This document shows positions 38,994 through 49,494 of a stretch of DNA of 64,000 nt, piece by piece. The notes below the pieces were generated by a model, which made no database searches, had not been told where the DNA came from, and saw only the letters and a program-made list of their open reading frames with translations. Position 1 is the stretch's first letter. Every line of letters begins with the position of its first letter. Both the position numbers and the translations under genes were made by a program. Source of the DNA: an uncultured Poribacteria bacterium (GTDB taxonomy: Bacteria; Poribacteria; WGA-4E; WGA-3G); NCBI GenBank assembly GCA_951813565.1, contig OX638351.1:2144001-2208000 (forward strand), written 5' to 3'.

Positions 38994-39421
38994 ATGGCAT
39001 TTAGCGATTTTAAAACAATCTCTGAAGTGCAAGAAAGGTTCAGAGTTACTTATGCGGAAGATGACTTCGTCAATGCTGAACCGGCAACCCCTTCGGTAGA
39101 GTTCTTGCGAGATTTTGAATTTACACGAGAACATATCAACGTTTTTGCGTCTGAAGCATCACGGTGTGAGACGATTATCTTTCCCGTTTTGAAGGAGAGT
39201 TATAAAGCTTATGCTGATCGATACGCACTCTGGATAAAGCAAACCATCACTTACGATGACATCTTGAACGGAACACCCGACTATTTTATCTCTACTAAAT
39301 CTGAATTAGGCAAAACCGTTGTTGGAAGTCCGTTGATACTGCTGGTTGAGGCGAAGAAAAACGACTTTGATCAGGGGTGGGGTCAATGTCTGGCGGAGTT
39401 AGTCGCCGCACAAAAAATAAA
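38994..39421 (+). pseudogene. PD-(D/E)XK-like hypothetical gene truncated by IS1595
   Basis: GTPDY..VEAKK..GWGQCLAELVAAQKIN; the final codons of the called ORF come from the IS end. Confidence 0.7.
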
Positions 39422-40829
39422 CGCAATAAGTAGTTTTGGACTTGCAAAAAGCCCTTAAGCGTTATGGAAATTTATACTTAATAGGGTATGAGAATTCGGA
39501 AAAGCACTAAACGGCGAAGACTAATTTCTAACTCTAATCTGCGAGAACTTCTGCCCCTCCAACTCACATCGGTATAAAAGTTGAGCGCGCTTGATAGATA
39601 CTTTGCAACGGTAGACAATTCTTCTAATCGTTTTGCCGTTGTGATATTAGTGTGGTCCAGCTTGTCAAGACCTTATTCTTTAAGTTCTTCTGCCATCGTT
39701 GAGTGAGTCTTCATCTCATACTCTCATTGACAAACTTATCAAAAATGCTCTCAATGCTCCTATAGTTGTATTTATAGCACGCCTCTGCGACATATAGGGG
39801 CGTGTATTCAGTCCAATAGTGGTGATGACTTCCATACCAAGCACGTTTGAGAAGTGACCAGAAGCCTTCAATCGTATTGGTATGGACATTACCGTCAACA
39901 AATTGTTCTTGATGATCAATGATATGGTGCTTCATCTCTTTACCGAGTGTGAGATAAGCCTTATACTCATCAGTCATCAACTGCGATTTATCTACTTTAA
40001 CAACTTCGCGAATAAAATTTAAGATAGTCCGTCCCGTCAAATCTTTTGCGAGTCTTGCCACAACTTTCCCACCGCGTTCAATCGCTCCGATGATAGCATC
40101 TTTATCAGTGCCACGCCCACGCTTAGCAGGATCCCTGTCCTCTTTTTTGTTCGCTTTGCGAGGTTTACCTCCGACATAAGTTTCGTCAGCCTCTATGATA
40201 CCTTGTAAGAGGATATTATCTTTAGCCATTTCAGCACGGATACATGTTCCCATACGCCACGCAGTCTTTTGATCCAAGTCCAAATCTCTTGCCAACTGAT
40301 GACTTGAAAGACTCTTTTTAGCATTCGTCATCAACGAGATAGCCAAAAACCACTTCTGAAGTGCTATCTTTGTCCCGTGAAACACCGTGCCACAAGTAAC
40401 CTTGAAAGTAGCAGTGCAATCGTGGCATTGCAAGCGTCCGATGCGTCCCAATTCCGTTTCTGTTCGTCTTGCAGCGTTTGGGCAATCACAATGTGGACAC
40501 TTCGGTTTACCCTTCCACCGAATACTCTCTAAATGTTCAATACAACTCTCTTGATCAGGGAATCGTTCCATCACTTTCAACAAATCCATCAGAAAACTCC
40601 TTTTTAGGAGTTGCTTTTTCTGACAGGTTTCTGATACAATAACTAGATAAGACAGAATGCCAGAAAAGCAACTCGCTTTTTTGTGTTCAATTAGGGGGTT
40701 AACAGCCCTCTAATTTCTTATCTAAATTGTATCATATTTTCACAATTAAAACAATCGAAAAATGTAGTCTACACAAGGATTTAGAGCGATTTTTAAAATT
40801 TTGTTGCAAGTCCAAAACTACTTATTGCG
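39422..40829 (-). mobile_element. IS1595-family insertion sequence
   Basis: Perfect 26-bp IRs CGCAATAAGTAGTTTTGGACTTGCAA (39422-47 and 40804-29); ATAAA on both flanks. Confidence 0.92.
39711..40589 (-). CDS. IS1595 DDE transposase
   Basis: Zn ribbon CPHC..CHDC, GTVFH, EADETYVGG, TDEYKAY, HTNTIEGFWSLLKR. Confidence 0.93.
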   Translation of the reverse strand: MDLLKVMERFPDQESCIEHLESIRWKGKPKCPHCDCPNAARRTETELGRIGRLQCHDCTATFKVTCGTVFHGTKIALQKWFLAISLMTNAKKSLSSHQLARDLDLDQKTAWRMGTCIRAEMAKDNILLQGIIEADETYVGGKPRKANKKEDRDPAKRGRGTDKDAIIGAIERGGKVVARLAKDLTGRTILNFIREVVKVDKSQLMTDEYKAYLTLGKEMKHHIIDHQEQFVDGNVHTNTIEGFWSLLKRAWYGSHHHYWTEYTPLYVAEACYKYNYRSIESIFDKFVNESMR

Positions 40830-41101
40830 ATAAAAAATGAGTGAAAACGAGCAGATTACCGATTAGACTTATGCAATAGTGTCGTTTTCCCAAAATCCCT
40901 GTACTTCACTCCGCTAAGGCGTTGTTTGCCAAAATTCCTTGCCTCGGCAAACATACTTTTCATTTTTTTAAACCTCTTTGTCCCAAATCCCCCTCTTTAT
41001 AACATTCGGATTCATGCTATTGAATATAAGTTGGGTTAGGCAGCAAGCGAAACACAACGCTAAAACCTGATGTTATCCTTTTGCAAGCATTCAAAGTATA
41101 T

Positions 41102-42359
41102 ATGAAACTACGTGGTGCTATCATCACAGGTGTTGCGCATCTTGCGGAAAATAAACTTCGCGCTGGCTTATCTATTCTCGGTATTTTCATCGGGATTGCC
41201 AGTGTGCTTTGCATGATGGCAATCGGCGATGGAGCGAAACTTCTCATAGCCAGAGATATTGAAAAACTCGGTGGTGCAAATCAAGTTCAATTTTGGACAC
41301 GCACATCCATTTGGAAAAGTCGACGCCTCGTGCGACGCACTATCGAACGATATACCCTTGAAGATGCCCATGCTATTGAGACTGAATGCCCCAACGTTCT
41401 ATTTGCCTTACCGAAAAATGAAAGATTCCGTCCCCACCATGCTTCCAGCCGATATGGAAGCTATCCCGCCCCACATCTGGAAGGTGTCACTGCAGATTAC
41501 GCTCTCGGTATGCAATGGGAGGTGCAAGCCGGTAGATTCCTCTCTAAAAACGATATTGAAAACGCTGCACAAGTCTGCGTCTTAGGTGCCAACATTGCAA
41601 GTGAATTGTTTGGAGGAAACTCGCCGCTTGGACAAGAGGTGAAGGTTCGGTCTTCTTGGCGGTTACCCTCGGTAAGGTTGTGGGTTGTCGGTGTGATAAA
41701 AACAAAAGGCAGCAGCCTCAGTTCCTGGCGTTCTTTAGATGATACAATTTGCGTGCCGTCGACAACGGCTTTTTGGTGCCCGCTATATTGACAACCTCAT
41801 TGTCTTTTTTGAAAAAGACAATGATGTGTATTATATCATAGATTCTGTTAAGGATGTCCTTCGTAAAAGACACCGAGGAAAAGATGGTTTTATCGGTTAT
41901 TGGATACCGAAAGTTAACATCCAACGACTTGAGCATATTGAAAAGGTGATAAAAATTGCGTTAGGCGGAATTGCTGGCTTTTCGCTATTTGTTAGCGGCA
42001 TCAGTATTATGAATATGGGGCTTGTTTCTGTCGGTGAGAAGACCCGCGAGATAGGCTTGCGTAAATCGGTAGGTGCAAAACGACTTCATATCTTCTTACA
42101 ATTTTTAACAGAATCGATATGCCTCTGTTTCTGCGGTGCGGTTCTCGGCATTATAGGTGGGTGGTTTGCAGCACACGGCATGACAAGACTTGCCGTGCGA
42201 ATTCTGCCGATTGTACCGGAGTGGCCTGTTGTTCTCTCTTTACCTTGGATATTAATCTCCGTTATTTTCTCCATTTTCATGGGTGTTTGTTTTGGGATTT
42301 ACCCCGAAATACAAGCATCACGGATGTCGCCTATTGATGCCCTCAAAACAGACACGTAA
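41102..42359 (+). pseudogene. MacB/FtsX-like ABC permease, frameshifted near 41760
   Basis: NKLRAGLSILGIFIG and GRFL in one frame; GISIMN..VSVGEKTREIGLRKSVGA..PIDAL in another. Confidence 0.8.
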
Positions 42360-42417
42360 GAAAAAACAATTAAAATCCTAACGTACTTAATCGTCATTTT
42401 TCCATATCAATTTTTTG

Positions 42418-42538
42418 TATAATACCAATTCTATGAATTATTTTCTCTTTTGAAAAGAAATGTCCGAGGCGCAATGAATTGCGCGACTACAAACGGCCTA
42501 TTTCTTTAAAGAGAAGTTATTTTTTAGAAATGGTATAA
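42418..42538 (-). repeat. MITE-like cassette with internal GTAG-REP hairpin, copy 2
   Basis: Reverse-complement match to 17369-17484. Confidence 0.8.
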
Positions 42539-42670
42539 ATTACCTGTAGGTCGGATAGAACGGTAGCGAAACCCGATAAGTATACTAAATATGCCCATGA
42601 CATTTATTGGTTACCCAATCCTACGATGGGTGACAGGGTCATCCGATTTCATACAAATCTATAGATTGAT

Positions 42671-44911
42671 CTAATCCACTTTAACGGAAGCTAATGATTC
42701 ATCAATTTTTAGAGGTTTTTCCTCAAGCAAAATATGGAAAATCCCACGCTGTTTTGTAGCAATATAAAGTTTGCCACTACTCACCGCTACAGATAGCACT
42801 TTATCAGGGATACTTGAAGAGATCTGATCCCACTTATTATTAGAATCTAAGCGATAAATACCCATATCCCCAACACCATATAAACTTAATCCGTCCACAG
42901 CGAGTTTATCTATGACGATATGTCTTCCAACATTATCGGTGAGCATACGCCAATATTCGCCCGTTTGCGAACATAAGACACCTTTATCTGTTGCCACATA
43001 AACTTTCATATTCGCAAGGACGATATCCTTAATATGGGTGAAGGTTGAGGGTAGACTCAACGTTATATCCCTCCAACTTTCTCCGCCATTGATGGATTGG
43101 AATAGTTTCCCATCTCGTTTGCCAACATAGACGGTTTGTGACGAAGCAGCTATCTTGAACCCAATATCCATTTCATTATCAGGGTGGTTGTTTGTATCAA
43201 TCAAGCCGGTGTCCGTAAATACTAAACTGTCCGTATTCCATTTTAAAAGCCGTTTATCGTATGCTATGAAAAGTGTATTATTTTCAGTGAATTCTATATT
43301 CTGTTTGCCTCCAGAGAACAGCGTAGTGGACGATGATTTGACGTTTTTCCACAGTTCCCGAGATGAGACCCTTTGAATCATTGAAAACGTAGCTTCACCT
43401 ATGCGTAAACGGAAAATGTCTAAATCCTCACCTTGCGGTGAAATTAGATAAAGAGATTCGCCAACAGTCACAAACTTGGAATCAGTAAGATGATGTACAT
43501 AAGACCCTAACTGTCCAAGCTGTTCGGATATGAACTGCCCGTAATCAAAACGCACTGGCACCCATATTTTCTCGTTATTCATCGTTTCATAAATGTCGCT
43601 ACCTGTATATACATAGAGTCGATTGTTAAATACAATCAACTCTTGGACATCTGTTCCTACAATTCCATTCATGAAAGAGTGCCACGTTGTGCCACTATCA
43701 ACTGTGCGATGAATGCTGAACTTATCCAATTTGTAAAAAGTATTCTCATCTGTCGCTATAACTGTAGCATGTGCTGACGGTGTCGATGTTGCGTCAAATC
43801 CAAGGTTTGTCCACGTTTGTCCTGCATCTGTTGATTGGAAAGTTGGAATACCTAAAACGAATAACGTAGGACCTTTTGCTATAATACGAGTTGGGCTTGC
43901 AGGTGATGTGCCTATCATGAAATATTTATCTTTAGGCGTTATATCAGTCCATGTCCTGCCGAGATTCGTTGAGTGGGATATTTTACGAGTCCCTCTGTTC
44001 TTTGCATCGGAAAAGTCATTGATAAGAAAATCTTGCCCCGTTGCTACATAAAGGTTATTCTCATCAACTGCCAATGCATGGACTGTATTGGCAGTATCAT
44101 CCACCACAGATAATCGTTCCAAATCACCTAAAATCAAGCGATAAAGCCCTTGGTTTGTGCCAATAAACACAGCATCACCCATCGCGGCGATTGCTGTTAT
44201 CTTTTTATCTGTCAAGCTATCATTAAGTGGAGTCCACTTTCTACCAGCATCGGTAGACCGAAATACCCCTTTATCCTGTGTGGCAATATACATGACAAAA
44301 TTTGTGCGTGATTGTCGTTCGGATGTTTTGCCTCTTATGACCAAACCGATAGGTTCCCCAATTGGACGGGAAGAAAATACCTGCCATGAAATGCCATCAT
44401 CAGTTGACGTGTATATATTATCGCTACCAACAACATATAGCGTATCCTGATATTCAGCGATTGGCGCCCCGATGATACTTGTAGGTATGCTTGTGCTGAT
44501 TTTTCTCCATGATGTCGTGCCTTTGCTTAATCTGTAAACACCAGTCCATGAAAATGCGTAGAGATTACCATTTGAGGTAGCAAAGATATTATAGACAGGA
44601 TCTCCTTGCGGCCCATTTGTCTGTTCCCATCCCGATGATAAATACGTAACATTCTCGCGTGCATTATTTACTAAGACCGCTTCAGATACCTGTGATTTAT
44701 CACCATCAACATTACCATCATTAACACGCTTCCCTACTTGATTACGCAAGGCAGGTTTTGAGACAATATCAACGTGTATAGGAGATTCAACAATTTCAAT
44801 CGTTGGTTCTGATTGGGCATTAAAGTCATAAGGTTTTTGAATAAGACTCAGGCGTTGACTCATCACACCCAGCAATAATATAACTATAACCGCAGCAGTG
44901 CCAAGAGCCAT
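42671..44911 (-). CDS. TM + YCF48/BNR-like beta-propeller region; C-terminal part of an ECF sigma fusion
   Basis: Repeated S-x-D-x-G-x-x-W Asp-box motifs; in frame with the upstream sigma ORF across one TAG. Confidence 0.75.
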   Translation of the reverse strand: MALGTAAVIVILLLGVMSQRLSLIQKPYDFNAQSEPTIEIVESPIHVDIVSKPALRNQVGKRVNDGNVDGDKSQVSEAVLVNNARENVTYLSSGWEQTNGPQGDPVYNIFATSNGNLYAFSWTGVYRLSKGTTSWRKISTSIPTSIIGAPIAEYQDTLYVVGSDNIYTSTDDGISWQVFSSRPIGEPIGLVIRGKTSERQSRTNFVMYIATQDKGVFRSTDAGRKWTPLNDSLTDKKITAIAAMGDAVFIGTNQGLYRLILGDLERLSVVDDTANTVHALAVDENNLYVATGQDFLINDFSDAKNRGTRKISHSTNLGRTWTDITPKDKYFMIGTSPASPTRIIAKGPTLFVLGIPTFQSTDAGQTWTNLGFDATSTPSAHATVIATDENTFYKLDKFSIHRTVDSGTTWHSFMNGIVGTDVQELIVFNNRLYVYTGSDIYETMNNEKIWVPVRFDYGQFISEQLGQLGSYVHHLTDSKFVTVGESLYLISPQGEDLDIFRLRIGEATFSMIQRVSSRELWKNVKSSSTTLFSGGKQNIEFTENNTLFIAYDKRLLKWNTDSLVFTDTGLIDTNNHPDNEMDIGFKIAASSQTVYVGKRDGKLFQSINGGESWRDITLSLPSTFTHIKDIVLANMKVYVATDKGVLCSQTGEYWRMLTDNVGRHIVIDKLAVDGLSLYGVGDMGIYRLDSNNKWDQISSSIPDKVLSVAVSSGKLYIATKQRGIFHILLEEKPLKIDESLASVKVD

Positions 44912-44935
44912 CCATGGTAGTAATGGTTTTGCTAC

Positions 44936-45580
44936 CTATGGTGTCGGTTTTATGTCTGAAATCTGCTTCATGATGCTCTCGGTTAGATCTGTAGATAGCT
45001 GTAAACCGCCAAATGCTTCAGAAATCAAGAGATGTTCTTCCGCTTCTAATCGGTTTCTTGCCCGATGCAGTCTACTTTTGATGGTGTTGGCGGATACACC
45101 TAAGAAATTACCTATATCCTTTACGGACATCTCACTGAGATAATAGAGGATAATGACAGTACGTTCACTCTCCGGCAATTTTTCCAATAGTTTCTTGACG
45201 ACTTCGCGGTAATGTTCTCTAATTTCTGTCATACGTTGTTCTGATTGGTATTGTGTATGATAGGTTCTATTTCTTTCTTCAATCGGGATATCTTCCAAGA
45301 ACGGCGTCGCGTCTTTATTTCTTTGTAGCCAATTGAAGCACAGTCGATTCACAATCACATAAACCCATCCATCAAACAGTTTTGGATTCTTTAGTTTGGA
45401 CAGGTTTTTGTATACCTGGATGAAGGTATCTTGTGTTATCTCTTCGGCGATATGGTAGTCTCCAATCTTCCGCCAAGCGAGGGCGTGGATTCTCTTCTGA
45501 TACTTATGTACTAATAGGCTAAATGCCTCCTCTTCACCAGTCAAAATCCTGTGTATCAGTTGGACAATGTTATTTTCCAT
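44936..45580 (-). CDS. ECF sigma-70 factor domain (N-terminal part of the fusion)
   Basis: AEEITQDTF, FDGWVYVI, LPESERTVIILYY, TIKSRLHRARNRL. Confidence 0.9.
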   Translation of the reverse strand: MENNIVQLIHRILTGEEEAFSLLVHKYQKRIHALAWRKIGDYHIAEEITQDTFIQVYKNLSKLKNPKLFDGWVYVIVNRLCFNWLQRNKDATPFLEDIPIEERNRTYHTQYQSEQRMTEIREHYREVVKKLLEKLPESERTVIILYYLSEMSVKDIGNFLGVSANTIKSRLHRARNRLEAEEHLLISEAFGGLQLSTDLTESIMKQISDIKPTP

Positions 45581-45633
45581 ATTGCTACCTCGTTATTATC
45601 CTCGGGCATGTAGGACCCGATACGGGAGTACTT

Positions 45634-46214
45634 TTACTCCATATCCTGCGGCTTATAATATTCTCGTTCAAACTCAAAAAAATCATCGGGAAAATCAACG
45701 AGTGGTGTTAGCTTATCACAAACGAGGAGAAAATATCATCTAACGGTCTGAATCGGTTTGACATCTCATCAAGAGGAACTCCTGGTGAGTCAACCAGCGT
45801 TAACTTATACTGGTATTGAGGCTTTTGGGATAAGTCACCTGCATTCAGAACTTTGAAGAGTGTTGTCGTCCGGTTAATATCCTTGTGTTTACGATACCGT
45901 TGAGCACTATATTCAAGATCCGCTTTGAGATATTCTTTTTCATAACGTTCTATGTCTACTTCAGAAATCGATCGACCAGAAGTAAAGCGCTGCAATTCCT
46001 TCTCCTTTTCCGTTTTGATCCATTCAGTGATCTCTTCCTCAGTCATTCGCGCTTCACTTTCTTTCAACGTTTTGGAATAAGCTTCACCGCTTTTGATTAT
46101 AAGCCGTGCCTTGTTCACACCGTTGATCAATTCTTCAACGGATATGTCCGCTAACGAGGATAAAGAAACGAAAAACAATAATGTTATAATAATTGTGATT
46201 GCGTTTCTATACAA
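45634..46214 (-). pseudogene. Internally deleted third paralog of the secreted LolA-like family
   Basis: N-half resembles the 48418 ORF (ISVEELINGVN, QYKLTLVDSPG); separate C-terminal piece VDFPDDFFEFEREYYKP at 45634-45699. Confidence 0.75.
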
Positions 46215-46282
46215 GGTTTATCTCCTATTCCAATTTTTTGTTGAGAGGATTTGCTCAAAATGTGATGCGTCCGGTTGATGCC

Positions 46283-48316
46283 TTAGTTCTCTAATATCTC
46301 TCCATGAATGTAGACGAAGTGGGTGGCTTTCTGACCTTTATGTTCATAATCTACCATAAGGTATTGATTAAATTTCCCAACAGGAAAGGTAGGCATAAAT
46401 TGTAGATTTGCATGCGGAATACCACTCTTTGTCTCCAATGTTGCCTTAATATGTTCTGAGTCGGTTCTCACCCCCAGTAGTTTCGTATTCTTTTGTAAGT
46501 GTATCGAAACCCGCTTGGTTATAGGTTGTTCGGGAAGCAACTTTTTTTGCCCGAACGCAACCAGTTCAGGTAACGTTTTGAGCGGTGTAAATGCTTGTCC
46601 TGTAAGTGTAAATGTCAGTGTGTTCTGTATCGGGTCATCCGTATGTAAGTATATGTATTCTTGCATCATTCCGTTTCCAGGATATATTTTCATGGTCGCT
46701 AAAACTGTACCTATTTCCCCAGGTAGAATTTCATTTTGTGACAGGACGGTTGCGGTGCATGCACACGTTTCTGTAATGTCAAGAATATTCAACGGTTTTT
46801 GACCGATGTTCTTGACAGCAAAAGTGTGTTGAACTTCACTGCCACCGAACGCTCTTCCGAAGTTGAAAACTGGTTCGTCTGCGTAGATTAGCGGCACCTG
46901 CATAGGTATCGCTTGTTGACCGTCTATCTTATCAAAGACAAGCAGTTCACCATTCCATATCTTTGAGATTTCCGCCCAAGTAAGATACGGATAATATTTG
47001 TAAAAAGGATCAACGACTTTCACACCGTCCCTATCTGCAGATTCAAAGATAAGAAAGTGATTGGTATCAACATGAGTTATAGCTGGCAACGACACCAAAT
47101 TTCGTTTCAGCGAATCCAGTGATGTCTCTACACTTGTTAGCGGTATACCTTTGGCAATAGCAGCCTTGCTCAATCCTTTCATCGTAGTGCCTTGTGCTGG
47201 ATCGAAATCTGACAGCCGCTTAAGTTCTTGAATATCCGTTTCAACCTTTAACAATTTACAATAGTGCGATAGACTGTTTAGACCGCTCAGCAGAAGCCTC
47301 TCAGAGGAAGGTGATGGTTGTCCGGTTCTTCGGGGTCTATATTGATTTCTATCTATTTTAAAGAAATCTTTCGGAAAATCTACATTAAATTCTGCAGAAG
47401 CGATCTTGTTGGTAACACGTTCACGTATTGATCCATCTTTTTCATAGTAGGTTTCTTCTATACGCATAGGATACCATATTTCATTGAATTTCTGAAAGTC
47501 TTTGTTCTCTACACGATAAGATATAGGGTCTTCATCAGTGGTACCGAAAGATTCAAACTTGCGTATACAATAGCGAAGGGATTTATCCACCCAAATTCTG
47601 TTTTTTTGCTCGTACACGTTCGTGAATTCCAAAACAATACATTCAGCGCCATCAATGTTTTCTTTTTTTACGAGTTGTGTATCACTTGGCACTTTATGAA
47701 ACGATCTTCCAAATAGCGAAAAAGGCGTATATCCATACCATACATTAGAATCCTCAATCTCGACTGAATTACTGGGAGATATCAGGTTTCCAACAGCTTG
47801 TCTTACTTGAGTTTGACGGTCATAAGCAAGGAGGATCGTTTCACTGGCATGGTGATTCTGTGCTACTTCACTATCCAAAGAATGTCCTGGTGACCTCTCG
47901 AATGTTAGTTTATATTGAAAAAGTTTAGGGAAGGAAGCGGAGTCTGGTTCGATAATCTGAAATAGCGTTGTTTTGTGTTCGACTTCTGTGTGCTTACGCT
48001 GCCAATTAGCGAAGTAATTCTGTTTCGGTATGAGATACTCTTTCTCAAACGTTTCCTTGTCAACGCCTTCATGTGGCACATAACTTTTTAGCTCATCTTC
48101 TATACTCTTTTTGATAGATTCGGCAATTTCTTCTTCCGTTTTCCGAGCAGCGTTTTCAGTCGATATTTCTGCTTGGACTTCGCCACTTTTGATGTCCCAG
48201 CGTGCCAAATTTACGCGCTGGATGAGTTCGTATGTGGGTATGTCTGCTGCGTGGCACAATGTGTTAATGGAAAGAAGCATATTAATGATGACACTGGCAA
48301 AAACATATCTATGCAT
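46283..48316 (-). CDS. Secreted LolA-like domain + C39-peptidase-like domain + DUF1573 protein
   Basis: Signal peptide; ENIDGAECIV..IWVD..WYP; GTTMKGL, NHFLI, VVDP, WNGELL; F.VKNIG.KPL.I..TCACT. Confidence 0.7.
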   Translation of the reverse strand: MHRYVFASVIINMLLSINTLCHAADIPTYELIQRVNLARWDIKSGEVQAEISTENAARKTEEEIAESIKKSIEDELKSYVPHEGVDKETFEKEYLIPKQNYFANWQRKHTEVEHKTTLFQIIEPDSASFPKLFQYKLTFERSPGHSLDSEVAQNHHASETILLAYDRQTQVRQAVGNLISPSNSVEIEDSNVWYGYTPFSLFGRSFHKVPSDTQLVKKENIDGAECIVLEFTNVYEQKNRIWVDKSLRYCIRKFESFGTTDEDPISYRVENKDFQKFNEIWYPMRIEETYYEKDGSIRERVTNKIASAEFNVDFPKDFFKIDRNQYRPRRTGQPSPSSERLLLSGLNSLSHYCKLLKVETDIQELKRLSDFDPAQGTTMKGLSKAAIAKGIPLTSVETSLDSLKRNLVSLPAITHVDTNHFLIFESADRDGVKVVDPFYKYYPYLTWAEISKIWNGELLVFDKIDGQQAIPMQVPLIYADEPVFNFGRAFGGSEVQHTFAVKNIGQKPLNILDITETCACTATVLSQNEILPGEIGTVLATMKIYPGNGMMQEYIYLHTDDPIQNTLTFTLTGQAFTPLKTLPELVAFGQKKLLPEQPITKRVSIHLQKNTKLLGVRTDSEHIKATLETKSGIPHANLQFMPTFPVGKFNQYLMVDYEHKGQKATHFVYIHGEILEN

Positions 48317-48355
48317 TTGAATTCTCCTTAGTTTTGATTATGTTGTATACGTTCT

Positions 48356-48413
48356 GTAGGAGGGACTCCGATTCCCAAATACAATATCGTCGCGATTCGG
48401 AGATCGATCCTAC
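48356..48413. repeat. Inverted REP pair (REPIN/BIME-like)
   Basis: GTAGGA..CTCCGA on both strands, facing each other. Confidence 0.55.
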
Positions 48414-48417
48414 GGGT

Positions 48418-49431
48418 TTATTGGCTAAATATAAAATCCAGCGGTTTATAGAAATCCCTATCAATATCAAAAAATTCTTCGGGAAAACTAACGTTGAAAT
48501 CTGCATCAATTACTTCAACCGTATAACGATTCCGCAACGACCCATCTTGAAAATAGGAAGTGCCTATATAGATTTCGGGATACCAAACTTTTCCATATTT
48601 TTTGTACGCTTTATAAACACTCCGCCAACTAACATTTTTAGTTTTTGGATGTAGAAGTTCATACTGACGGACAGCAAAATCCTTTTTAGGATCAATCCGC
48701 AATCGAACTTGACCTCTTGTGGAGTCATAGGTGATGATACGACAATCCACACCTTCTATCTTTTCTTCACCAATTTCTTTAGCGTCTGATGGAACACGAT
48801 CAGGTGATCTGCCAAACAGAGCAAATTTCCTATAACCGCCGTGATAATCGGAATCATAAAAACTTACCGAACCCCGAGCACTCCACGAATGGACAATGTT
48901 TCCTATATTTTGTTTCACCTGTGTACGCGTATCAAAAGCAAGTAGATAGATATTATCTGACGGCGTAAACAGTTCAGACATTCTGTCCATGGGATGCCCT
49001 GGTGTATCCACCAACGTTAACTTATATTGATTTTGTCTTGGGACTGTCTCATCATCTGGATTAAATATGCGGAAGATTGTTGTTGTAAGCTCTGTGTCTG
49101 TGTGTTCACGATAATGATTTGCCCTGGAGTTCAGATAAGGTATGAGCCATTCTGTTTCATACTGTTCTTCATCAACATCCTGATCAGATTCACGCGATTT
49201 GTATTCTAAATATCCCTTTTTCTTTTCCGCCTTCATCCATTCAGTGATCTCGTCTTCAGTTTTTTCAGCAGGATAGAGTGTTGTCGTTTTGGAATAGACT
49301 TCACCGCTCAGAATCTTTATCCGATGCTTGTTGATGCCGCGTATGAGTTCTTCTATTGAGATGTCTTCTGCATAGTTAAAGTTGTAGCAGCAGAATAAGA
49401 TTAGAAGAGTCGTAATTATCTTTCTATACAT
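48418..49431 (-). CDS. Secreted LolA-like hypothetical protein
   Basis: Signal peptide; paralog of the N-half of 46283-48316 (ALFGRS, EKIEGVDC, WYP, FNVSFPEEFF). Confidence 0.65.
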   Translation of the reverse strand: MYRKIITTLLILFCCYNFNYAEDISIEELIRGINKHRIKILSGEVYSKTTTLYPAEKTEDEITEWMKAEKKKGYLEYKSRESDQDVDEEQYETEWLIPYLNSRANHYREHTDTELTTTIFRIFNPDDETVPRQNQYKLTLVDTPGHPMDRMSELFTPSDNIYLLAFDTRTQVKQNIGNIVHSWSARGSVSFYDSDYHGGYRKFALFGRSPDRVPSDAKEIGEEKIEGVDCRIITYDSTRGQVRLRIDPKKDFAVRQYELLHPKTKNVSWRSVYKAYKKYGKVWYPEIYIGTSYFQDGSLRNRYTVEVIDADFNVSFPEEFFDIDRDFYKPLDFIFSQ

Positions 49432-49494
49432 GTTAATTACCTCATCATTTTACTTTGCAATCTACATTTGTAGTTAGTCTTTTAGAGAGTGATT

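Noticed and set aside
44936..44938. Pyrrolysine or genome-wide TAG recoding
   Set aside because: TAG ends many normal genes here (e.g. STAS, ggt, MBOAT) and no pyl genes are visible
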